From: an uncultured delta proteobacterium
GTDB lineage: Bacteria > Desulfobacterota > Desulfomonilia > UBA1062
NCBI GenBank assembly: GCA_963785235.1
Contig: CAWAUM010000013.1
Location: forward strand, 160,001-224,000
Length of the DNA: 64,000 nt
Reading direction: 5' to 3'
Numbering within the stretch: position 1 is the stretch's first letter; every line of letters begins with the position of its first letter. Position numbers and translations under genes: made by a program. Below, piece after piece: positions 1 through 9,748 of the stretch. Below the pieces are notes generated by a model. It did no database searches. It was given only the letters and a program-made list of their open reading frames with translations, and was not told where the DNA came from.

Positions 1-1044
1 CTCCCCTATGTTGAGCAGGTCCATGGTATCGAAGTCACCGGGCACCAGGATCTCCATGGTGGGCTGGATGATTGCCTCTTCGGAATATGGGTGTATCGGT
101 TCATCGGTCCTGCCGGTCTTCAATGCCCGTAGCGCAACATCCGTCAGACGGATCCAGGATCCGCTTACATCTTCCTGGAGCACCCCGAGATCCAGCCAGA
201 GACGCATGAGGGCATCCACTTCCGATTGGGCATCCTCAATTATTTCATCCCTTCCGACAATCCACAGGGTTAGTGATCTGGTCAGATAATCTTTCCTGAT
301 GCCGTTGTCTCCAAGGGTTACATATACCTGATAGTCGAGTCCCGGATAGGGTTTGCATGACTGGCAGAACCGCCAGAGGTTGTAACGCGAGTCGCCCTCA
401 AGGGCAAGGCTCGAAATGGACCTCTGAACAGGGGTTGCCGTACCGCCCTTTTCTTTCAGGCAGCCGAGTTCAACGAGTTCGCCGAAAATCTTCCTCACGT
501 CGATCACGGCAGAGAGCTTTTCTTCAAGATACTCCCATCCCTTTTTGAAGGGCTCAATGCCTGCCTTGCAACGAATTTTGCCCACATGCAAGGCATTAAT
601 CATAGTGATATGGGCCCAGAGGCTCTGCTTTCCCGGTTTATTCCAGATGGCCTCACCTACCCCGGCGAGGTATCGCATCTTCATAGCCTCGAGCAATGAA
701 CCTAATGACGGCAGCAGGATAACCGGGTCTCTACCGGTGAGTCCCCCCTGAAATACCAGACCGCGGTTACCCAGTTCTTCAAGGTCCGATCTCAGTTCAT
801 CAAGCGCCTTTCCATAAATCCTCCCGAGCACGTCCCATGCGACATTGTCACCAAGCTCATGGAGGTCCATCAACATGTCGCGCTGTCTTTGAGGCAGCTC
901 ACCCAGGATCTTCTCAAGCCGTTCCGTATCGGCCAGGCCCTCTGCCAGAGCCCTGGGATCGGCAGGGACGCCCAGTATCTTTGTGGAGATAATCCCGATC
1001 ATATAGCCGGGGATGCTGGCGATAAGGTCATGCGTTGATGTCAT
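1..1044 (-). CDS. XPB-partner protein with helicase-associated (Helicase_C_3-like) domain, 3' end outside window
   Basis: Missing from the ORF track because there is no stop in the window. Manual translation from ATG 1044 ([14 protein letters not shown]...) stays open for 348 codons and ends ...EAIIQPTMEILVPGDFDTMDLLNIGE, which resembles the xxVQPxFEVLVP start of the XPB helicase-associated domain. Overlaps the XPB stop. Confidence 0.75.
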   Translation of the reverse strand, partial: MTSTHDLIASIPGYMIGIISTKILGVPADPRALAEGLADTERLEKILGELPQRQRDMLMDLHELGDNVAWDVLGRIYGKALDELRSDLEELGNRGLVFQGGLTGRDPVILLPSLGSLLEAMKMRYLAGVGEAIWNKPGKQSLWAHITMINALHVGKIRCKAGIEPFKKGWEYLEEKLSAVIDVRKIFGELVELGCLKEKGGTATPVQRSISSLALEGDSRYNLWRFCQSCKPYPGLDYQVYVTLGDNGIRKDYLTRSLTLWIVGRDEIIEDAQSEVDALMRLWLDLGVLQEDVSGSWIRLTDVALRALKTGRTDEPIHPYSEEAIIQPTMEILVPGDFDTMDLLNIGE

Positions 1045-2708
1045 CAATCGACCACTCCTCAATCCGGTACCGGTATCCCTGCTCAGCAAGAAATACCTGC
1101 CTCTTGTGGGCGAAGTATCTCTTCAGATGTCTCTTTGGTCACCAGTGTATAGAATGTGGAGATCCTCTCCTTGGGCCTTAAGATCCTGCCGAGCCGCTGG
1201 GCCTCCTCCTGACGGGAGCCGAAGGTGCCCGAAACCTGGATGGCCACTGATGCATCGGGCAGGTCGATGGCGAAGTTGGCCACCTTGGACACCACCAGCA
1301 CCGGGACCATCACCTTTTCTGAAGGAATCATAGAGGACATCCCTACGCGTATTTGGGGTGGACCCGGTGATCATGGGCGCCTTCAGTGCAGCCGAGAGCC
1401 TCTTGAGCTGGCTGATATACTGGCCGATGATGAGGACCGGCTCATCAGGATGCTTCTTGATAATATCTTTAACAACCTGCTCTTTAAAGGTATTCTCGGA
1501 TGCGATCCTGAACTGGATCTTATCCGATGCATGTACATACTCAGCCGCCTTTTCCGTAGGCAACGGCACCCTCACCTCGCAGCAGACGGCCTCTGCAATA
1601 AAGCCCTTTTGCTCCAATTCCTTCCAGGGCACGTCATAACACTTGGGGCCTACAAGTGAAAAGGTGTCCGATTCCAGTCCGTCCTCCCGGATAAGGGTGG
1701 CGGTGAGCCCGAGCCTCCTCTTGGCCTGCAGTTCGGTGGTGGCCCTGAAAACAGGCGCAGGGACGACATGCACCTCATCATAGATAATGAGCCCCCAGTT
1801 CCGCGCCATCATGAGGTTCATATGCTCGAAGGGGCCGTCCTTGGTCTTCCGGTAGGTGAGCATCTGGTAGGTGGTCACGGTCACCGGCTTGATCTCTTTC
1901 TTGCCGCCGGTGTACTCGCCGATATCCTCCCTGGTCAGGGTGGTCTTGTCCAGGAGCTCATTGATCCACTGGTGCACTGCCGATACATTGGTGCACAGGA
2001 TAAGGGTATGTGTCTTGATCTTTGCCATCACCCCCATACCCACAATTGTCTTGCCTGCCCCGCACGGGAGCACCACGATGCCCTGGCCTCCCTGGGGGCT
2101 TCCGCCTGCCCAGTAATTGTCCGAGGCCTCCACCTGATAGGGTCTCAGTGTGAATGCATGGCCTGAAATCAATTCGTGGCGTAGGGTAATGTCGCAGGTC
2201 ATCCCCCTTGTCATACCCCACGAGATCATGCACCGGATAACCCATCTTGATGAGCATGTGCTTGAACCTGCCGCGGATCCCGGAAGGGATGATGAAGCCC
2301 TTGGGAGGAACCCAGTCCAGGATGATCTTTGAGATCTCCTGCTTGGCGCAGATCTGCTGCAGGAGGGCATCTGATCTCACCTGGACAAGAAGCGTGTCAT
2401 CGTCCTGCCGAAAGAGCTGTACGGCATCCCAGCGCTCGAACGCCTCCTGGATGCGGCGCAGCACGGTATGCGGGATATCATAGCGGGCATAACCTCTTGA
2501 GGCTTTCCAGAACCTGATCATGGGTAATATTGATGGCAGCGGCATTCCACAGGGAAAGTGAAGTGATCCGATAGGTATGTACATACTCGGGCGATTTGAT
2601 GAGCTCGGCAAAGGGCAGGATGGCGTCCCTCGCCTCTTCATAGATTCCCGAGAGCACCTCCAGCAGGATGCTCCCATCACTCTGGATGATTAATGGTTTT
2701 TCTGTCAT
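1028..2708 (-). CDS. XPB/Ssl2-like DNA repair helicase (frameshifted in this sequence)
   Basis: Four ORF fragments join into one XPB: [13 protein letters not shown]...[45 protein letters not shown], and C-terminal [10 protein letters not shown] ending at TGA 1028-1030. Frameshifts near 2490, 2210, 1320 and 1118. Confidence 0.9.
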
Positions 2709-3005
2709 GTGCATGTGAATTAGTTAAGTTCACATATACCACATCAAAAGGCAAGGGTGGATTTCTATTAAAATTACCACTGAGTGCAAGGGGTGATTAT
2801 TACGGACAAGCACTTAGTTGATACGAGTCCATTGAGTAAAAGGAAGCATTCGTAGATTTAATATGAGAATGTATGAATTGGCATTTAATTTGAGCTGAGA
2901 GCTCGGATAGAATCACTTAATGTGAGCAGAAAACAAGCTATGTTTGCGAGTATGAGGAACTACAAATGCAAGCTCATATAATGAAAAGAATAAATTTCAT
3001 ACTTG

Positions 3006-3041
3006 AGTTATACGTAGATTTATGACAACCTACGTATAACT
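3006..3041. promoter_or_regulatory. Palindromic operator-like site abutting the start codon
   Basis: AGTTATACGTAG-N12-CTACGTATAACT, perfect 12-bp arms ending 1 nt before ATG 3042. Confidence 0.6.
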
Positions 3042-4088
3042 ATGAATAGAATACCCCTGGTTACTCAAACACTTTATGCCGAGCTTGTAGAAGAACTCAT
3101 TATCGCGGAAGCGCATAGATCCATTGGGAGTCTATCAGGCTGTTTTACTGTTAAACCTGTTAAGGGAAAAGAGTACTGCTATTTCCAGTCGAGCGAGCCA
3201 GGAGGCGTGGCACGTCAGATTTATATAGGCCCCCGCAGCCCTGTAATTGACAGCTTTATTGAGAGTTATATCAGTGACCGCCAAAATGTTAAGGAGGAAA
3301 TTGATAACATCAATAGGCTATGCAGCCAGCTCCGCATTGGTGGTGCAAATATAACTGATCCAGAAACAGCCAGGGTATTGAAGGCATTCTCCGATAGTGG
3401 GTTTTTCAAGTTAGGCGGGGTTCTTATCGGTACCCATGCATTTCTCATCATGGGCAACACCCTCGGAGTTAAATGGGAGAAACCTTCTCTCCGTACACAG
3501 GATATTGACATCGCGGGATCATTACTTATGGAAGTTGCTGTCCCTGACCTTTCAACAGATGTTCCAGGGGTTCTTGAGAGTCTGCGGATGGGTTTTCTGC
3601 CCATTCCTCCTTTGAATCATAAGCATCCATCAACGTCATTTCATATCCGAGGTAAGGAGCTCAGAGTTGATGTTCTTACTCCTGCAAAAAAACCTGACCA
3701 AGTAGCACCTATTTTTATCCCGAGGCTAAAGACTGCAGCGCAGCCTCTCATGTACCTCGATTATCTCATAGAGTCTCAGATACAGGCAGCTGTGACAAAC
3801 GGAGGGGGAATTTTAGTAAGCATACCGGATCCTGCAAGATTCGCTATCCATAAACTTATGGTTTCCGGGGAGCGTCCGGTTTCGAGCAGCATCAAAGCCA
3901 CAAAAGATCTCTTTCAGGCATCTCAACTCATAAAACTCCTTATAGAAGATAGGCCGGGAGACCTCCCGATCGCGTTGGAATCATTACGATCACGCGGGAA
4001 AAGATGGGTAAAGAGGTTTGAAACGGGAATGAAACTACTGAACTCGACCTATCCGGATACGCATAGTATATTCAAATCCTCCTACTGA
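3042..4088 (+). CDS. GSU2403-family nucleotidyltransferase-fold protein
   Basis: 348 aa. N-terminal TLYAELVE...KGKEYCYFQ...QIYIGP, then VLIGTHAF...RTQDIDIA (Pol-beta-type G..DxD), VDVLTP, PDPARFAIHKL and KATKDLFQA. Confidence 0.8.
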   Translation: MNRIPLVTQTLYAELVEELIIAEAHRSIGSLSGCFTVKPVKGKEYCYFQSSEPGGVARQIYIGPRSPVIDSFIESYISDRQNVKEEIDNINRLCSQLRIGGANITDPETARVLKAFSDSGFFKLGGVLIGTHAFLIMGNTLGVKWEKPSLRTQDIDIAGSLLMEVAVPDLSTDVPGVLESLRMGFLPIPPLNHKHPSTSFHIRGKELRVDVLTPAKKPDQVAPIFIPRLKTAAQPLMYLDYLIESQIQAAVTNGGGILVSIPDPARFAIHKLMVSGERPVSSSIKATKDLFQASQLIKLLIEDRPGDLPIALESLRSRGKRWVKRFETGMKLLNSTYPDTHSIFKSSY

Positions 4089-4275
4089 GGTTACTAAGAA
4101 CATCGGTGCAAGACGTTGAGATTTTTGATTTCATATTAGTTTTGAAATCTCTGGGAGCGATGATCTTGGGTTGAAACATACGAAACTTATTGCTTCATAT
4201 CAGAGCGTCACAAATGGCATGATATCTATAATAATCCTAACTAAGTCAGTTGCCTATGCATATCATACCACTTCA

Positions 4276-6180
4276 TTATGGACATGGAGAGGGGCATGTA
4301 CAGTGAGGACAAGTAACTGTATACGGCGTACTCGCAGAATTGCTCTGGAGATCATAAACCGTAAAACTCCCGGTATACGTACTGCCTGGAGCCGATCCGC
4401 TACTATTAAGAGTTGAGAATGACCAGTTTGTGCAACTGGGATCAGACGACTGGCGTTCACAAGTGCCTCCATTCGAATGCCACAAACCGCAGTTAGCTCC
4501 CGGCCCTATATTCACATAGGACCCTACAGGCCCGCATACACTACCCTCATAAGACATGGTGTACTGGGCGCTGCACATGCAGAATGCAGCTGGATTACAG
4601 TTCCCCCATGTTTGGGCACAACTCTGAGATGTTATACTTATTGATAGAGACCCGCCAGTTGTTCCGGTTGTGAACGACCAGATTGGTCCTCCGATAACTG
4701 TTGGGGGCAGGAGGTTGCACATATTGTGCATGGCAATGATTTGCCAGTAGTAGGTGGTATTCGAGCTTAACGTTGTAGTTGGAGTATAGGATGAGATAGT
4801 CACCTCCGCCACTTTAGGGGGTGGAGAAGAAGCTCCGAAATAAACGTTGTATGAGTCAGTGTTCGAAGTTGCGGCCCAGGTCAAGGTCGGGCTGGTCGGA
4901 ACACCTGTGGCGCCATTGGCGGGGAAAGGATCTGGAAGGTGTCCCAGGATGGATTGGAGAAATGACCGTTATGGAGGTGGATTGGCATTTCTGGGTGAAC
5001 ACCGCGTCAGTCACGCAGACATCGAAAGAATATACACCCTCAGGGAGAAGGTGTTTCACCTTCTATAAGCCCCCCTGCATTGACAAAGATGCCCAGAGGA
5101 GGAGAACCTCCCATGGTGCCGAGATTGAACGTGTACGGATATCCGGCCCCCCCTGTCAGCCCCAGGATCTGGTAGCTGAAGGGGCTGCACCGCTCAACAG
5201 GGCCAAGCATGGGCGGCAGAATAAAAGATATGGGGGGACCCGAAGGCGGCGGCGCATCTGTCGGTTTTGCGCTCGCCTGGGTCGATGCCCCTGATTCACC
5301 GGATGTGTATACCGCGGTTACCACGAAGTAGTAGTCTGTTCCGTTGGTCAGACCTGTCAGGGTGAAAGGAGAGTTCGCATGGGTTATCTTCGTGCCGCTG
5401 GAAGGCGTCACCCCGGAAGTAGTGGACCAGTAGATGTTGTAATAAATCACGCCTGATACTTCAGTCCAGGCAATGGTTTCCTGGCCGTTTCCCGGTGTGA
5501 TGGTGACTCCTGTCGGTGCTGCCGGACCCGATGGCGTACAGCTTGCCTGTGATGATGCGGTTGATTCTCCATTGCCATTCACCGCAGTTACTACATAGTA
5601 GTAGGTTGTTCCGTTGGTAAGCCCTGTGTGCAGGTATGGGTTGGTCGCACCAGCTATTTTGGTGCCGCTGGCCATTGTGACGCCTGTGGTTGTGGACCAG
5701 TAAATGTTGTAGGAAGCTGCGCCCGGTACTGCCGCCCAGCCAATGGTTGCGCGCCGGTTTCCGGCTGTGGCGGAAACCCCTGCCGGTGCATCCGGTGGCG
5801 CCGTAAGTGACGGTTTTACGCTCACCTGGTTTGACGCCGTCGATTCACCGGCTACAGATACTGCGGTTACCACAAAGTAGTAGGTTGTTCCGTTGGTCAG
5901 TCCTGTAAGGGTGTAGGGAGTAGTTAGCATCGGTTATCTTTGTGCCGTTGGCCGGGGTCACGCCTGACGTAGTGGACCAGTAAATGTTGTAAGAAGTCGC
6001 GCCTGGTATTGCTGTCCAGGAAATGGTTACATTACCACTTCCGGCTGTAGCGACAACCCCTGTCGGCCCAGATAACCCTCCTGTTCCGCCTCCAGATGAT
6101 GAGCCACCACCGCCGCCTCCACAAGAAATCATCATCGTGGCGACAACCACTAATGCTAAAAGCTTCTTCATGATTTCCAT
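4276..6180 (-). CDS. Fibronectin type III repeat lipoprotein with Cys-rich C-terminus (frameshifted)
   Basis: Lipobox-like MKKLLALVVVATMMISC plus Gly/Ser linker. Repeated SYNIYWSTTSGVT...GLTNGTTYYFVVTAV units across ORFs 5845-6207, 5040-5930, 4856-5059 and 4276-4884. GGAG RBS before 6180. Confidence 0.8.
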
Positions 6181-6318
6181 GGCGATACTCCTTTTCTCAA
6201 TTATCAATTGATTTTATCGGCATTCGAGCATCCTTGGTTTATATTAACCATACACAATGCTTAATTTATCAAAAATCAACTATGCTATATAGCGACAAGA
6301 GGAAAGTTGCACGAGTCA

Positions 6319-6423
6319 GTAGGTTGGGTTGAGGAACGAAACCCAACCCATCAAGATCTGAATATTTTAATGGATTGTATCTTCAGTCTTATTGTTGGGT
6401 TTCACAAGTTCAACCCAACCTAC
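6319..6423. repeat. Inverted doublet of GTAG-type REP elements (REPIN/BIME-like)
   Basis: GTAGGTTGGGTTGAGGAACGAAACCCAAC (6319-6347) and inverted GTTGGGTTTCACAAGTTCAACCCAACCTAC (6394-6423). Confidence 0.8.
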
Positions 6424-6454
6424 TTACTGATGATTTATTTCAAGGCACATGGCG

Positions 6455-7279
6455 TCACTTATGCCGGAGCACCTCGTTCATGCTTCCTGAACGGAACCCC
6501 TGGAGATCCAGCGTGACATAAACAAAGCCCATACGCTTGGCAAAATCCACAAGCTCGGACGTCAGTGTCCCCTTTTGGAGTATGGCCATCTCGTCTTTGC
6601 CGAGCTCGATCCTGAGAAGATCTCCATGATGCCGTGCCCGGAATACCGTAAACCCCTTTTCAGCGAGGAAGTCCTCCATGGCCTCCACCTGCTTGAGTTT
6701 CTCCTTTGTGACCACAGAGCCGTAGGGGATGCGCGATGCCATGCAGGCCATGGGCTGCTTGTCCGCTGTGGGCAGGTTATATATCTCACGCGATATGAGC
6801 CGGATGTCATTCTTGGTAAACCCGCACTCCAGCAGAGGGCTCCGGATGCCAAGCTCCTGCAGAGCCTTCATGCCCGGCCGGAAATCACCCGTATCGTCGC
6901 TGTTTGTGCCGTCTGCCACCACGGATACACCGAATCGTCTTGCCTCATGGGCGATCTTGGAGAAGAGTTCCTTTTTGCAGTAATAGCACCTCTGGGGCGG
7001 ATTATCCGAGAAGCCTTGTATGTCGAGCTCTTCGGACACGATCACGGTATGCACTATGCCCCGGTCCTGAACCCACTTAAGGGCCTCATCGTATTCCCTC
7101 TTGGGATAGGTGGATGAGGTCGCAATTACTGCAAGGCACTTCTTGCCCATAACCTCATGTGCCACGGTCAGGAGTAACGTGCTGTCCACCCCTCCGGAGA
7201 AGGCCACTGCGCATCCGCCCCACGATTTGAGGAGGCCTTTGAGCTTAGCGAGCTTCTCATGGTGGTTAACCTGGACCAT
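6455..7279 (-). CDS. larE: ATP-dependent sulfur transferase LarE
   Basis: PP-loop AFSGGVDS, RCYYCK, DFRPG, ACMASRIPYG, GFRSGSMN. Confidence 0.9.
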   Translation of the reverse strand: MVQVNHHEKLAKLKGLLKSWGGCAVAFSGGVDSTLLLTVAHEVMGKKCLAVIATSSTYPKREYDEALKWVQDRGIVHTVIVSEELDIQGFSDNPPQRCYYCKKELFSKIAHEARRFGVSVVADGTNSDDTGDFRPGMKALQELGIRSPLLECGFTKNDIRLISREIYNLPTADKQPMACMASRIPYGSVVTKEKLKQVEAMEDFLAEKGFTVFRARHHGDLLRIELGKDEMAILQKGTLTSELVDFAKRMGFVYVTLDLQGFRSGSMNEVLRHK

Positions 7280-7332
7280 AATTATCCATTTTATGACGTA
7301 GTCTGCTCATACCCTAAAGTCTTTGCGTAATC

Positions 7333-8389
7333 TCACTTGATCACACTTCTGATTATCCCTGATGCCAGGACCATGCCGTTGTCGTACAGGACTATTGTCT
7401 GCCCCGGCGTGATGGCCTCTTGGGGCTCGTCGAACAGCACCTTCATCTTTCCATTTTCCACGGTCACTGTGCACGGTGCCGGGGTATGGGCATAACGGAT
7501 CTTCCCGAATGCCTTACCGCCAAGGTTCTCCATGAAGAGGTTCAGGCGGTCCGCAACGAGTCCCTGTGCGCAGAGATACCTTCTATCACCTATAATGATC
7601 CTGTTCTGAGCAGCATCTAAGGAGAGCACGTATTGGGGCTTGCCTGCGCTGATACCCAGACCTGAGCGCTGGCCAATGGTGTAGAAGGGTATGCCCTTGT
7701 GACTGCCAAGAATCTTTCCTTTGCGGTTGACGATATCCCCGGGGACTTCATCAATGCTTCGCTTTAAGAATTCGCTTACACCGCCTGCAGGGATGAAGCA
7801 GACATCCTGGCTGTCCGGCTTGGATGAGACCGGCAACCTGGCGTCTGTGCGCCACAGCTCTGACCTGGTCCTTGGTGAGTTCAGCCAGGGGAAAGACGAC
7901 ATGCTTAAGCGCCTCCTTGGGTATTCCGGAGAGGAAGTAAGTCTGATCCTTTCTGAAATCCTTTGACACCTTAAGGCGGCAGTTATCATCCGACTTGTCT
8001 ATGCTGGCATAGTGGCCTGTAGCCAGGATGTTAAATCCCATGGACAGAGCCATTTCCAGTAACGTTCCGAATTTGATGCGCCTGTTACATTCAACACAAG
8101 GGTTCGGGGTTCTGCCTGAGCGGTATTCTTCTATAAAAGGCTCTATGACGAAGCGGCTGAGCTCGGGTGCGAAATTCTGCACGAAATGACTGATGCCAAG
8201 ACAGTTGCATACAGACCTGGCATCTTCAATCTCCCGGGGGCCGCAGCACTTCACCTTGTGGGATTCGGGTGTTTCCACACCCAGGCACATGGTGACACCT
8301 GCCACCTCATATCCCGCCTCTTTCAGGAGATAAGCGGCAACAGCAGAGTCCACCCCGCCGCTCAAGGCAACCATGACCCGCTCCTTCAT
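7333..8389 (-). CDS. mnmA: tRNA 2-thiouridine(34) synthase MnmA (frameshift near 7845)
   Basis: ALSGGVDS, PNPCVECN, ATGHY, KDQTYFL in the first ORF; DSQDVCF, YTIGQRSGLG, AITPGQ in the second. Confidence 0.92.
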
Positions 8390-8501
8390 CACTCGCCCCG
8401 TCCTTTTTTTTGTTATCCTTATCATATATTATAATGGAAACAGACCTTGATAATACTTGTAAGTTGCATGTAGTTAAAATAAAAAAAGGCACGAGGCTTT
8501 T

Positions 8502-8954
8502 GTGAAAGACACCTATCAGCAAGGTACAATCCTTTCCGTGAATGTGAGCTCGGAGAAGGGACAGAAGAAACACAATATCGGCAGATGCCTTCTCGCTCAA
8601 GGGCTTGGCATTGAGGGCGATGCCCATGCAGGCATGGAGATCCGCCAGGTGAGCCTCCTTGCAAAGGAGAGCATCGAGAAAATATGGGCCAAGGGCCTGA
8701 ATGTTCAGTACGGTGATTTTGCCGAGAACCTCACCACCGAGGGCATCATCCTCCATGAGCTGCCTGTGGGGACACGATTTGCCGTCAATGAAACGGTAAT
8801 CCTTGAGCTTACCCAGATCGGCAAGATCTGCCATGACCGCTGTGCGATCTTCAAGCAGGTGGGCGACTGTGTCATGCCACGTGAGGGAGTCTTCGCAAAG
8901 GTCATTGCCGGGGGTGAAGTGAAGGTAGGAGACACCATTCGGGTTGTCTCTTAA
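8502..8954 (+). CDS. MOSC domain protein
   Basis: GIEGDAHAG, RQVSLLA, GDFAENL, QIGKICH, CVMPREGVFAKV. Confidence 0.9.
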   Translation: MKDTYQQGTILSVNVSSEKGQKKHNIGRCLLAQGLGIEGDAHAGMEIRQVSLLAKESIEKIWAKGLNVQYGDFAENLTTEGIILHELPVGTRFAVNETVILELTQIGKICHDRCAIFKQVGDCVMPREGVFAKVIAGGEVKVGDTIRVVS

Positions 8955-8978
8955 TACTACGTCACAAGGGAGGGAACT

Positions 8979-9671
8979 ATGAGGAAATCACTGATATTTA
9001 TCATGGTGTTCATGTTCATCATGGCGCAGGCGGCCTTCGCACAATGGGGCAATGACCAGATGATGCAAAGGTTCCAGGGCGAATTCAAGCCCGTAGTGGG
9101 CGCCTGGGCCGAATACCAGATGAAAGGCAGCGACCAGACGCCGACCAAGATGAAGATCTCCATCGTGGGCAAGGAGGGCAATGCCTTCTGGTATGAAACC
9201 GCAAATGACGGCCAGGGTGGACGAACAATCATGAAGATGCTCCTGTCGGGCGACCCGAACGATCAGAAAGGCGTCACACGCATGATCATGAAGAATGGCA
9301 ATGAGCCGGCCACGGAGATGCCAATCGGCATGGGTCAGGGCAAGAAGCCGGCCAAAGCCCAGCCGCCCAAGGGTAAGGTAATCGACAAGGGAATGGAAAC
9401 CATAACAGTACCGGCAGGTACCTTTACAGCCAGGCACTTCCAGTACCAGAACGAAAAAGATGTGGTGGATACCTGGTCCAGCGAAAAGGTCCCCCCTTAC
9501 AACATGGTCAAGACATCGGCAAAAGACTTCACCATGGTGCTTGTGGGATACGGCACCGGAGCCAAGACCGCCATCACGGAGACACCCAAAAAATTCCAGA
9601 TGCCCAAGATGCCGGCAGGCATGCCGCCTGGGATGATGCCCAGGGGAATGGGTGGATCGGGGAAAGAGTAG
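8979..9671 (+). CDS. Exported Met-rich hypothetical protein
   Basis: Signal peptide ending AAFA, ETITVPAGTF motif, C-terminal MPKMPAGMPPGMMPRGMGG; GGAGG RBS. Confidence 0.75.
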   Translation: MRKSLIFIMVFMFIMAQAAFAQWGNDQMMQRFQGEFKPVVGAWAEYQMKGSDQTPTKMKISIVGKEGNAFWYETANDGQGGRTIMKMLLSGDPNDQKGVTRMIMKNGNEPATEMPIGMGQGKKPAKAQPPKGKVIDKGMETITVPAGTFTARHFQYQNEKDVVDTWSSEKVPPYNMVKTSAKDFTMVLVGYGTGAKTAITETPKKFQMPKMPAGMPPGMMPRGMGGSGKE

Positions 9672-9698
9672 GAACTGCGTGTACCCATAAATGCCATT

Positions 9699-9725
9699 GA
9701 GGTGGTCGCAATCTGCGACCACCTC
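9699..9725. terminator. Hairpin between convergent genes
   Basis: GAGGTGGTCGCA-ATC-TGCGACCACCTC, perfect 12-bp stem; no strong U-tract. Confidence 0.5.
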
Positions 9726-9748
9726 TGAATTACCTGTTGCTAACCCAT

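Noticed and set aside
4276-4320. c-type heme motif in the Cys-rich tip
   Set aside because: The sequence is CPHC/CTC, not CxxCH.
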